Below are positions 49,240-61,499 of a DNA stretch of 64,000 nucleotides, piece after piece. The notes beneath the pieces were generated by a model, which was not told the DNA's origin, searched no databases, and worked only from the letters and a program-made list of their open reading frames with translations. The position numbers and the translations under genes were made by a program. Within the stretch, counting starts at the first letter, position 1, and the number at the start of each line of letters is the position of its first letter. Origin of the DNA: Squalus acanthias (taxonomy: Eukaryota); contig CM059432.1 in the NCBI GenBank assembly GCA_030390025.1, positions 146,694,001 to 146,758,000 on the forward strand. The letters run 5' to 3'.

Positions 49240-50840
49240 CATGTCACTCCGCTATTTAAGAATGGCGAGAGAGGGAAACCAGGGGATTATACACTAGTTA
49301 GCCTAACATCTGTTGTCGGGAAATTACTAGAGTCTATAATTAAGGATAGAGTGACTGAACACCTCGAAAATTTTCAGCTGATCAGAGAGAGCCAGCATGG
49401 ATTTGTAAAGTGTAGGTCATGCCTGACAAGACTGATTGAATCTGTTGAGGAGTTTACTAACGTAATGGACAGGGGAATGTATATGGATGCTATTTACATG
49501 GACTTCCAGAAGGCATTTGATAAAGTCCCTCATAAGAGACTGTTAACTAAAGTTGAAGCCCATGGAATTGAAGGCAAATTATTGACCTGGTTAGGAAATT
49601 GGCTGAGCGGCAGGAGACAGGCAGTAGGGATAATGGGCAGGTACTCAAATTGGCAGGATGTGACTAGTGGTGTCCCGTGAGGATCTGTGTTGGGGCCTCA
49701 ACAATTCACTGTATTAACGGCTTGAATAATGGGATAGAAAGCCATATATCCAAATTTGCCAATGACACAATGATAGGCGGCATTGTAAGCAGTGCAGATG
49801 GAAGCATAAAATTACAAAGAGATATTGATAGATTAAGTGAATGGGCAAAACTGTGGCAAATGGATTTCAATGTACGCAAATGTGAGGTCATCCACTTTGG
49901 ACCTAAAAAGGATAGAACAGAGTACTTTCTAAATGGTTAAAAGCTAAAAACAGTGGAGGTCCAAAGAGACTTGGGGGTTAAAATGTCATGAACAGATACA
50001 GAAAATAATCAAAAAGGCTAATGGAATGCTGGCCTTTATATCTAGAGGACTAGAATACAAGGGGGTAGAAGTTATGCTGCAGCTATACAAAACCCTGGTT
50101 AGACCACACCTGGAGCACTGTGAGCAGTTCTGGGCACCACACCTTAGGAAGGATATATTGGCCTTGGAGGGAGTGCAGAATGATAACCGGACTCCAAGGG
50201 TTAAGTTACGAGGAGAGATTACACAAATTAGGATTGTATTCCCTAGAATTGAGAAGGTTAAGGGGCGATCTGATCGAAATTTTCAGGATATTAAGGGGAA
50301 CAGATAGGGTAGATAGAGAGAAACTATTTCTGCTGGTTGGGGATTCTAGGACTAGGGGGCATAGTCTAAAAATTAGAGCCAGACCTTTCAGGAGTGAAAT
50401 TACGAAACACTGCTACACATATTCTCTGGAGTTTAGAAGAATGAGAGGTGATCTCATTGAAACATACAAAATTCTTACAGGACTTGACAGGGTAGATGCA
50501 GGGAGGATGTTTCCCCTGGCTGGGGAGTCTAGAACCAGGGGTCACAGCCTCAGAATAAGGGGTCAGCCATTTAGGACTGAGATGAGGAAATGGTCTACTT
50601 ATTTCTTATGTTCTTATAAAGGGTGGTAGAAGTTTGGAACTCTCTTCCACAAACAGCAGTTGATGCTGGATCAATTCTTAACTTTAAATCTGAGATTGAT
50701 AGCTTTTTATTAAACAAAGATATTAAGGGATATGGGCCAAAGGCGGGTATATGGAATTAGATCACAGATCAGCCATGATCTCATTGAATGGCGGAACAGG
50801 CTTGAGTAGCTGAATGGCCTCCTCCTGTTCCTATGTTCCT
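49240..50840 (+). mobile_element. CR1 LINE RT to 3' end, with a nested CR1 fragment at about 50420-50617
   Basis: SQHGFVK..SCLT; YMDFQKAFDKVPHKRL; SGVP*GSVLG; KCEVIHFG; 3' UTR. Confidence 0.93.
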
Positions 50841-50842
50841 AT

Positions 50843-51555
50843 GTTCTCCTTAACATTCAATGGCATTACCATCATCGAACCCCCCACCATCAACACCCTG
50901 GGGGTCACCATTGACCAGAAACTTAACTGGATCAGCCACATAAATACTGTGGCAACAAGGTCAGAGGCTGGGTATTCTGTGACGAGTGTCTCACCTTCTG
51001 ACTCCCCAAAGCCTTTCAACCATCTACAAGGCACAAGTCAGGAGTGTGATGGAATACTCTCCACTTGCCTGGATGAGTGCCACTCCAACAACACTCAAGA
51101 AATGCGACACCATCCAGAACAAAGCAGCCCACTTGATTGGCACCCCATCCACCACCTTAAATATCCACTCCCTCCAGCGTACCGTGGCTGCAGTGTGTAC
51201 CATCGACAAGATCCACTGCAGCAACTCGCCAAGGCTTCTTCAACAGCACGCCCCAAACCCGTGACCTCTACCACCTAGGACAAGGGCAGCAGGCGCATGG
51301 GAACACCACCACCTCCAAGTTCCCCTCCAAGTCACACACACCATCCTGACTTGGAAGTATATCGCCGATCCTTCATCGTGGCTGGATCAAAATCCTGGAA
51401 CTCCCTCCCTAACAGCACTGTGGGAGTACCTTCACCACACGGACTGCAGCAGTTCAAGAAGGCGGCTCACCACCACCTTCTCAAGGGCAATTAGGGATGG
51501 GCAATAAATGCTGGCCTTGCCAGCAATGCCCACATCCCAGAAACGAATAAAAAAA
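50843..51555 (+). mobile_element. Second CR1/L2-group LINE family, 3' part
   Basis: LGVTIDQKLNW; TIYKAQVRSVMEYSPLAW; SFIVAGSKSWNSLP; FKKAAHHHLLKGN*; A-rich tail. Confidence 0.9.
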
Positions 51556-52059
51556 AGGCAAGAAAAAAGTTTTATGCAGATTGTACCCCTTTTAACTACT
51601 AACTGGTACCTTCGCAGCTGGTGTACATTCACAGCTTAATAGAAGGGATGTAGCAACTAATTTTCCACCTAATCATTTAGAGCTGTGATTGTTTTAAAAT
51701 AATGGCTGATGTCCATACAGTTGCAGAAAAATTGCAGTGGGCAAGGGATTCCTGTTTTAAAATAAATTAAAAACCTGTCATTTTCATGTTATCATATAAA
51801 CTATTAACAAGAGTTACAAAGTGACAGAGAGTGTGCATAATACTTGAAGTCAAAGGATACCATTAACATCAAGGCAATCAACTATTTCCATAATTGCTTT
51901 CCATAATTAATATTAATAATTCAATAGATTTCAGTAACATCTGCCTTTTCTGTCTCTTGAGAACCCAAGCCATAGTGTAGGACCCCACTAAATTTGTAAA
52001 GAATAGGGGAGAAGACAAGATTAATCTAGCTAGTTGATGCTGGACTTGGGTTTTAAATG

Positions 52060-52375
52060 CAACAGGGACACGACATTTGGCCTCAGTAGTTCTGAGGTGG
52101 GGAATGCGGAGAAATTAGCCCGAGTTCCTGCTTCTGACTGCCAGACAGCAACCCGCCCCCCCCCCCCAAACTGGAAAGTTAGAAAGTGACCCCGTGTGGG
52201 CATTAAAGGAGAACTGAATCAGATTTAACTGTGATGTTCTCCACTGCCAAATAGTCTGTTAAAACACATATATGAACAATTGGTTGAATTACCAAAGAGT
52301 TAGGAGTCGCTGTGAGATTGTACACAAGCAAGAGTCAGCACCTTCGAGAGGTGGGAGGAAACTGGAAAAAATAAA
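52060..52375 (+). mobile_element. Old SINE copy, family not identified
   Basis: ttggcctcagt...aaattagcccgagttcctgcttctga...gagtcagcaccttc...A-rich end; same family as 26345-26680. Confidence 0.45.
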
Positions 52376-52629
52376 AGCTTGGAGATTGTAGAAGGAAGAG
52401 AAGGCTGGAACAATCAAAGAGTTCCATAGTTTGAGTTTCTGTGGGAAGGAATTCATATTGTTGTCCACTAATGTCTATAAAAATGTTTCTTGTTTGGAAA
52501 TGAATTTAACTGAAGTCTATCCATTAATGGATCCTCTTGCCTGTCCATCCAGGCATCCTATATATTTTTCTACGCATGCTATCTATTTGTCTCCATTCAT
52601 CTATTCTTCCTTTGATCCAGCCAAGGAAA

Positions 52630-52750
52630 AAATTGCAGACGCTACAGGGAAAGAGCAGGGGAGTGGGACTAATTGGATAGCTTGTTCAAAGAACTGGAAC
52701 AGGCATGATGGGCTGAATGACTCCCTTGTGTGCTATACGATTCTATGATC
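52630..52750 (+). mobile_element. CR1 3' UTR fragment
   Basis: gggaaagagcaggggagtgggactaattggatagc...gattctatgat. Confidence 0.8.
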
Positions 52751-54904
52751 TATTTGTCCATCCTTCCTTCCATCTGTCTGTCCATCCCATTTCTATCCAT
52801 CTATCTATCCATCAGTCCATCCTATTTATTTGTTAATTTATTCATCCATTCTTCCTTCTAACCATCCTTCAATCCAGTTCATTTTTTCCTTTTCTTCCTC
52901 TCTATTGATTCCCTCATTCTGTTATAAAATATTTGTAATTATTTAGAAAAGTTGGAACAAGTAATTATATCAGTTGTTTGATGTAATTAATTACACAAAT
53001 ATGGTATGAAAATGTAATGTATGGAAGATACACTTATTATTAATCTGTATATTTAGCCAAGAAAAGAATACCAACTCTGTTGTCAGTAATAGAATGGTGC
53101 AATAATTCTACATATCTGTTAATGTTCAAACTAAATGCAGCATCACAGCAGTTACAATGTTTCAAGGATCTCTACTAACTAAAACAATGTCTTGAGCATA
53201 AAGCCTGCCTGTGATAAGTTACAGGTTAGTCTGGCATTGTTTCATTGTTACATTTCCACAAAAAATGTCACTAAATATCTTGCTGCCACATAAGGATTGT
53301 AGCAAACTCCCATTAGTAGAAGGTGCCCAGATTTGATGGCAGGGGCAGTGGGAAGGGAGAGGGGGAGAATACAGTAGTTTTTCTTGTGAGCTGCAATGGC
53401 AATAAGCAGAATTATAACCTGCCAACCAAGGGCAGTAACAGAAGTATAAACGAGTAATTCAGATGCATGCTGCAGTCGAGTCTGAAATTCATTGTAATCT
53501 GAGCCGCAGTTTAATTTTACTAGCTGCTATATCAGTGAATCTGTTCCATGTTTATAGTTTAATAGCAGGAACCATTTTAAAGGATAATTAAAAAAAAGAG
53601 ACTGGTTATATGCTGAGCTATTTGCAGTAACACAAGCTGTGGGATTAAAGAGTTCTGATAACACAAGTGAATAACTCAGTGTCGTACCTAATTAAAATAC
53701 AAACTAAACAACACATTGTAAGAAATAACACATAACAAATAGGTTCAAGACAACTGAAATAAAATTCCCCTGTTGTCTAATTAGTTTGCACGAGAACTCC
53801 TTTAAAGCCTTTTGTTTTTCCAAAAAGATCAGGAAGGCTAAGTATGAAGGTAACGTGCTGGAGATGTGATAGATAAGTTTCCACATACCTTCTGTAAATG
53901 GGAGGCTTTTGAAGCTGGCAGGTTATAAGGGCAATGGAATTGCAAATATTCTCAATGCATGGGGTGGCCTCAATCTACATAGTCTTAGACTAGTAAGTGC
54001 ACAAGATAAGGTTGAATTCAAAATCATTTTACTTGTCTATGCGAAGAAAGTAATCTCCTGAAATTGATGTTGCAATGTAATGGCAAGGTAACAGCAACTA
54101 TGAGTGGCTATGTTTGTTGTGCTCAGTAGAAATTTTACCCTGGCTATAGCCAGAATGGAACAAGTACCTTGGTTAATATTACACATAGCAGCCATCGGTA
54201 AGTGCAATTGAACAGGAGAATTAACAGGATATAAATTAGAAAGATAAATGAAATATTCTCTCACAAAGTATAGAAGATGGCAAATCTCCTACTAGTACAT
54301 TAAAACTTACATTTTGTCATATGGTCAGAGTAGTCTTTTGGATCTGAAGATCAGCAGTAGAATTTGGTTCATGGTCCACAATAATAGCCCATTCCTCGCC
54401 ACTGTTCCACTGTGCTTCAGGGTTACGTCCATTCTGTGTGTGCGGCGAATATCTATGCAGTCTATCTGAGCCTGTACTCAAGGCCCAGGACTCTGTCTTG
54501 CCGCCAACTGCTTTCAGTCCCTCAAAGCAGCGCCTTACACTCAGTGCTCCAAGAACCCATCTCTCACCGCCTCCCCGTGTTCTCTCACTCAACCTCCCCA
54601 AATACTCCAAGCTCTAGCCCTACAAGTGCTCCCTGGACCTTAGACTGTAACCCCGTGACTGCTCTTAGACCCCAATCAAGGACTGTCCCTTAGAGCTGCA
54701 CACAGAAATTGGGGTCAAACAGAAGAGAGAGGGGAAAGAGCTGAGGAGAAATTTCCATTAAAATTTAGGCAGAAGGAGAGAGAGAAAAAAGTAGAGACAA
54801 ACAGGGACACAATAATGAGAAAAGTGTGTGAAAACCATACAGAAAAAGTGGAGCAACAATAAAGAGAGGAGTACAGAAAGATTTGGAGAATGGGAAAGAA
54901 GCAG

Positions 54905-57795
54905 TTAGATGGTTACATGAATCAGGGAGATGGTTACATGAGTCAGGGAGATGGTTACATGAGTCAGGGAGATGGTTACATGAATCAGGGAGATGGTTAC
55001 ATGAATCAGGGAGATGGTTACATGAATCAGGGAGATGGTTACATGAGTCAGGGAGATGGTTACATGAATCAGGGAGATGGTTACATGAATCAGGGAGATG
55101 GTTGCATGAGTCAGGGAGATGGTTACATGAATCAGGGAGATGGTTACATGAGTCAGGGAGATGGTTACATGAATCAGGGAGATGGTTACTTGAATCAGGG
55201 AGATGGTTACATGAATCAGGGAGATGGTTACATGAATCAGGGAGATGGTTACATGAATCAGGGAGATGGTTACATGAATCAGGGAGATGGTTACATGAAT
55301 CAGGGAGATGGTTACATGAATCAGGGAGATGGTTACATGAATCAGGGAGATGGTTACATGAATCAGGGAGATGGTTACATGAATCAGAGAGATGGTTACA
55401 TGAATCAGGGAGATGGTTACATGAATCAGGGAGATGGTTAGATGAATTAGGGAGAGGGTTACATGAGTCATGGAGATGGTTAGATGAATCAGGGAGATGG
55501 TTACATGAATTAGGGAGAGGGTTACATGAGTCATGGAGATGGTTACATGAATCAGGGAGATGGTTACATGAATCAGAGAGATGGTTACATGAATCAGAGA
55601 GATGGTTAGATGAATCAGGGAGATGGTTACATGAATTAGGGAGAGGGTTACATGAGTCATGGAGATGGTTACATGAATCAGGGAGATGGTTACATGAATC
55701 AGAGAGATGGTTAGATGAATCAGGGAGATGGTTACATGAATCAGGGAGATGGTTACATGAATCAGGGAATTGGTTACATGAGTTAGGGAGATGGTTACAT
55801 GAATCAGGGAGATGGTTACATGAATCAGGGAGATGGTTACATGAATCAGGGAGATGGTTACTTGAATCAGGGAGATGGTTACATGAATCAGGGAGATGGT
55901 TACTTGAGTCAGGGAGATGGTTACTTGAATCAGGGAGATGGTTAGATGAGTCAGGGAGATGGTTACATGAATCAGGGAGATGGTTACTTGAATCAGGGAG
56001 ATGGTTACATGAATCAGGGAGATGGTTACATGAATCAGGGAGATGGTTACTTGAATCAGGGAGATGGTTACATGAGTCAGGGAGATGGTTACTTGAATCA
56101 GGGAGATGGTTAGATGAGTCAGGGGGATGGTTACATGAATCAGGGAGATGGTTACTTGAATCAGGGAGATGGTTACATGAATCAGGGAGATGGTTACATG
56201 AATCAGGGAGATGGTTACATGAATCAGGGAGATGGTTACATGGGTCAGGGAGATGGTTACATGAATCATGGAGATGGTTACTTGAATCAGGGAGATGGTT
56301 ACATGAATCAGGGAGGTGGTTACATGAATCAGGGAGATGGTTACATGAATCAGGGAGATGGTTACTTGAATCAGGGAGATGGTTACATGAATCAGGAAGA
56401 TGGTTACATGAATCAGGGAGATGGTTACATGGGTCAGAAAGATGGTTACATGAGTCAGGGAGATGGTTACATGAATCAGGAAGATGGTTACTTGAATCAG
56501 GGAGATGGTTACATGAATCAGGGAGATGGTTACTTGAATCAGGGAGATGGTTACATGAATCAGGGAGATGGTTACTTGAATCAGGGAGATGGTTACATGA
56601 ATCAGGGAGATGGTTACATGAGTCAGGGAGATGGTTACATGAATCAGGGAGATGGTTACATGAATCAGAGAGATGGTTACTTGAATCAGGGAGATGATTA
56701 CATGAATCAGGGAGAGGGTTACATGAGTCAGGGAGATGGTTACATGAATCAGGGAGATGGTTACATGAATCAGGGAGATGGTTACATGAATTAGGGAGAT
56801 GGTTACTTGAATCAGGGAGATGGTTACATGAATCAGGGAGATGGTTACTTGAGTCAGGGAGATGGTTACTTGAATCAGGGAGATGGTTACATGAATCAGG
56901 GAGATGGTTACATGAATCAGGGAGATGGTTACTTGAATCAGGGAGATGGTTACATGAATCAGGGAGATGGTTACTTGAGTCAGGGAGATGGTTACTTGAA
57001 TCAGGGAGATGGTTAGATGAGTCAGGGAGATGGGTACATGAACAGGGAGATGGTTACTTGAATCTGGGAGATGGTTACATGAATCAGGGAGATGGTTACA
57101 TGAATCAGGGAGATGGTTACATGAATCAGGGAGATGGTTACATGGGTCAGGGAGATGGTTACATGAATCAGGGAGATGGTTACTTGAATCAGGGAGATGG
57201 TTACATGAATCAGGGAGATGGTTACATGAATCAGGGAGATGGTTACATGAATCAGGGAGATAGTTACATGAATCAGGGAGATGGTTACATGGGTCAGGAA
57301 GATGGTTACATGAGTCAGGGAGATGGTTACATGAATCAGGAAGATGGTTACTTGAATCAGGGAGATGGTTACATGAATCAGGGAGATGGTTACTTGAATC
57401 AGGGAGATGGTTACTTGAATCAGGGAGATGGTTACATGAATCAGGGAGATGGTTACTTGAATCAGGAAGATGGTTACATGAATCAGGGAGATGGTTACTT
57501 GAATCAGGGAGATGGTTACATGAGTCAGGGAGAGGGTTAAATGAATCAGGGAGATGGTTACATGAATCAGGGAGATGGTTACTTGAATCAGGGAGATGGT
57601 TACATGAATCAGGGAGATGGTTACTTGAATCAGGAAGATGGTTACATGAATCAGGGAGATGGTTACATGAATTAGGGAGAGGGTTACATGAGTCATGGAG
57701 ATGGTTACATGAATCAGAGAGATGGTTACATGAATCAGAGAGATGGTTACTTGAATCAGGGAGATGGTTAGATGAAGCAGAGTGATGGTTACGTG
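54905..57795 (+). repeat. 21-bp minisatellite AGGGAGATGGTTACATGAATC, about 137 units
   Basis: Direct tandem unit with recurrent variants (acTtgaa, gaGtca, ttaGat, gaatTa); 1-nt deletion near 57043. Confidence 0.98.
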
Positions 57796-57858
57796 AAGCA
57801 AGACATTTTTTGTTTGTTTTGGAGCAATGCCATGGGAGATCAACTCAAAATAGACATG

Positions 57859-58029
57859 AGCCCCCATTTTAGATCAACCCTCCTGGCGAGAATGGCGTGG
57901 GTTCATGTCGGACGTCCGTTTGACACCCACCTGATTTTGTACTCCATTGAAGTCTATGGAGCATAAAATCGGGTGGCTGACATGAACCAGCCCTATTCCC
58001 ACCAGGTGGATTAGGTTAAAATCAGGGCT
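57859..58029. mobile_element. Palindromic MITE, probably Harbinger-type
   Basis: agccc..atttta / taaaat..gggct ends; ggttcatgtc / gacatgaacc; central ctccattgaagtctatggag hairpin. Confidence 0.7.
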
Positions 58030-58144
58030 ATAATTTCTATACAACAAAGCATTTACTCTTCTGTAGTCATCAATTGATATTTGAAAAAATTATCATTTGT
58101 AACAATTATTGGGGAATTATCTATATATATATATATATATTTAT

Positions 58145-59160
58145 TTGTTTATGGGATGTGGATGTCACTGGCAAGGCCAGCATTTATTGCCCATCCCTAG
58201 TTGCCCTTGAGAAGGTGGTGGTGAGCCGCCTTCTTGAACCGCTGCAGACCGTGTGGTGAAGGTGCTCCCACAGTGCTGTTAGGTAGGGAGTTCCAGGATT
58301 TTGACCCAGCGACGATGAAGGAACGGTGATATACTTCCAAGTCAGGATGGTGTGTGACTTGGAGGGGAACTTGGAGGTGGTGGTGGTGTTCCCATGCGCC
58401 TACTGCCCTTGTCCATCTAGGTGGAAGAGGTCGCAGGTTTGGGAGGTGCTGCTGAAGAAGCCATGGTGAGTTGCTGCAGTGCATCTTGTAGATGGTACAC
58501 ACTGCAGCCACAGTACGCCGGTGGTGGAGGGAGTGAATGTTTAAGGTGGTGGATGGGCTGCTTTGTCTTGGATGGTGTTGAGCTTCTTGAGTGTTGTTGG
58601 AGCTGCACTCATCCAAGCAAGTGGAGAGTATTCCATCACACTCCTTACTTGTGCCTTGTAGATGGTGGAAAGGCTTTAGGGAGTCAGGAGGTGAGATACT
58701 CACCGCAGAATACCTAGCCTCTGACCTGCTCTTGTTGTCACAGTATTTATGTGGCTGGTCCAGTTAAGTTTCTGGTCAATGGTGACCCCCAGGATGTTGA
58801 TGGTGGGGGATTTGGCGATGGTAATGCCGTTGAATGACAAGGGGAGGTGGTTAGACTCTCGCTTGTTGGAGATAGTCATTGCCTGGCACTTCTGTGGTGC
58901 GAATGTTGCAAGCCACTTATCCGCCCAAGCCTGAACGTCGTCCAGGTCTTGCTGCATGTGGGCATGGACTGCTTCATTATCTGAGGAGTTGTGAATGGTG
59001 CTGAACACTGTGCAGTCATCAGCGAACATCCCCATTTCTGACCTTATGTTGGAGTGAAGGTCATTGATGAAGCAACTGAAGATGGTTGGGCCTAGGACAC
59101 TGCCCTGAGGAACTCCTGCAGCGATGTCCTGGGGCTGTGATGATTGACCTTCAACCACCA
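58145..59160 (-). mobile_element. Second CR1/L2-group LINE family, RT to 3' end
   Basis: AGVPQGSVLGPTIFSCFINDL; FADDCTV; QQDLDDVQAWADKW; KCQAMTIS. Confidence 0.93.
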
Positions 59161-59169
59161 CCTCAATAG

Positions 59170-59395
59170 GAAAACTATTTTCCCTCCTCTGCTGTCCTGA
59201 GTTCAGTGACTTTTACTGGGATATGACTTGCTGAGTATTGTCAGCCCTCTGGTCCTTTCCCATGTAACCATTCTATAAGTGTGAGTTTGGACAATGAGTG
59301 TCAATGGATTATTCAACCGTGAATGGCATAACAACTGAACCTAATCAGCTAACAGTCGCAAATAAACTTTTCAGCAGGGGGACACTGGACAGCTT
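59170..59395 (-). mobile_element. Old SINE 3' part, family not identified
   Basis: Similar to 26345-26560 (gagtgt..ggattattcaac.gtg..ggcat.acaa). Confidence 0.45.
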
Positions 59396-59419
59396 CCTCC
59401 TGAAAGGAGATTTTCAGCA

Positions 59420-60235
59420 TATTTATAAATGTATATTATTAATAGATCTGGAATTAATTTCTGCAAATTGAACCAATTTGCATTGAGTTTCAGAATTCAA
59501 GTCTTTGATGTAAATTAGAAACTGTGGTGGTCCGAACATTGATCCCTGGGGTACTCCACTTGCTCCCCCCACCCCCAGCCTGACATTATCTCTCCAGCCA
59601 GCTCCCGCTATTTTCTACCTTTCAACCAGATTCTGATCCACACCCAGGTTTTGTCCTAAATACATATAGCTTTGAAATTAATTCATAATCTTTTGTGTGG
59701 AAGTTTAGCAAATGGCTTTTGGAAGTCTAAGTATACAACGTCGTGGAGTTTACCACAGTTGACTTGGGTTGTCACTTTCTCAAAGAAATCAAATAGTTTG
59801 GTCAGACAGGATCTTCTTCATCTAAAGCCATATTGACTGTTGTTTGAGATTGTTGTACTGATAATCCTCAAGTTTACTTCTGAAAATGGATTATATTATT
59901 TTACCTAGAATTGAAGTAAGACTAATGGGTTTGTTTTGTCATCCTTTTTGAATATGGGAACTATGCTAGTCTGTTTCCAATCTACTGGCACCTTCCCAGT
60001 GTCCACTCACTCCCTCACAGTGATTGCCAGTGCCTCACAAATCACCTCTCTCATCTCTCTTGGCACTCTGTGATGAATACCTATTGTTCCTGTGGATATA
60101 TTTGTTTTAAACTCTTTCAGCTTGTCTAGAACTTCCATCTCATTTATATCTAATACTTGTATTATGCATTGGCACTCATTCATTGGAGGAGGGCATGTTT
60201 TTTATGTCTTCCCTTGTCAATATTTTGCAGTAGCA
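59420..60235 (-). mobile_element. Old CR1 RT remnant
   Basis: Minus-strand gtatacttagacttccaaaagccattt (VYLDFQKPF) and agtggagtaccccagggatca (SGVPQGS). Confidence 0.75.
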
Positions 60236-60248
60236 ATCATTCTATTTA

Positions 60249-60430
60249 CTTCTTCTTCTTAGGCAGTCCCTCGGAACCGAGGATGACTTGCTTCCACATT
60301 AAAAATGAGTTCTCAGGTGACTGATGAGTCCAATGCGGGACCTACAGTCTCTGTCACAGGTGGGGCAGATGGTGGGTGGGGTGCTTGGGTTGACGTGCGC
60401 TCCTTGCGCTGCTTGTGCTTGGCTTCCAAT
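60249..60430 (-). mobile_element. RTE LINE 3' end fragment
   Basis: Near-identical to 46400-46590; (AAG)n tail. Confidence 0.9.
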
Positions 60431-61499
60431 GCTTCTCCTCCACCTCACAGCCTTCTCTCAGACAGCCTCCAGACCACAAAACTTTCTTGCTACCCTCTTC
60501 CCTGAGTGTTTCCAAGCCTCAGTCTCCCCTTATCCCCCTCCAGTTCTTCCAAGTTTCAGATCACCCGCTCAGCTCCCAAACATTAGCCAGAGCCATAAGC
60601 CAAACCATTCCCTTCCTGACCCCTGAAACCACACCATCCTGTGCTCCAAGCTCCTTCATGGGCTCAGATGCAGTGCTTCAGTCCATCACTCATCTGCATA
60701 CATTACAACTTCTCCTGGAAATTCTCAGGCATCTGCATTAGTGCCAAGAATGGACTAAATAATTGTGGAACCTTTGCTCTTCCTGCACCAAAAAGAACCT
60801 AAAGTTTTAACTTTGGCAGATCCTTGTACATTTGGAACTTGTATGAATGTCTTTGGTAATGCATGGTTGAGAATACCTTGGAACTTAGTATCTAACTGTT
60901 TAATTATAGATGTTAAGGTACGATCACACTTAATTACCCTGCAGAAGTGATGCTCATTAACTAAAAAGAACTGAACTGTATGTAATGTGAGAAAAGAAAA
61001 CAAACATCAGGGGTAATATTTCTTCTTGCAATGCGTGTAAAGAAATTATAAATGCATTATTTATTAACGGGTTTTCAATCTCGGTGCACACAGTGCTCAG
61101 AGGAAGCCTGCCCCCAAGTTAATAGTATTATTCAGATACTTGCTTGTTTATTTTGCACTTTTGTTGACTTCAGTACACTACTCTGTAATGGATTATTTCT
61201 AGCTAACATCGCACAGAATATAATGATAAATGTTCTGATATTTTGCCAGTATTAGAATCAGTAGCTTGTTTCATTTGTAAATATTGAGCTATGTATGTTT
61301 AACAGAGGAATAGTTTCCTGCTATCGCTTGATTTCTTTTACCTAAGGCTTTACTTATAAAGTAATGAAGCAGCTGGAAGTAGTTTATAATTTGTATCCTG
61401 TGGGTATTGCTCCTTAACAAAAAACTTATTTTCCCCTGCTTTACAACTTGCAATAACTAAAATGGCATGACCTAACCTTCTAGTCATTACAGAGGTTGT

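Noticed and set aside
54883..56697. 604-aa RWLHESG-repeat ORF as a protein gene
   Set aside because: Starts at TTG, other frames on both strands are similarly open, and the array later has a stop and a 1-nt deletion; explained by the 21-bp period
60820..60856. DPCTFGTCMNVFG as an EGF-like exon
   Set aside because: Only two cysteines, too short for an EGF module and no companion exons
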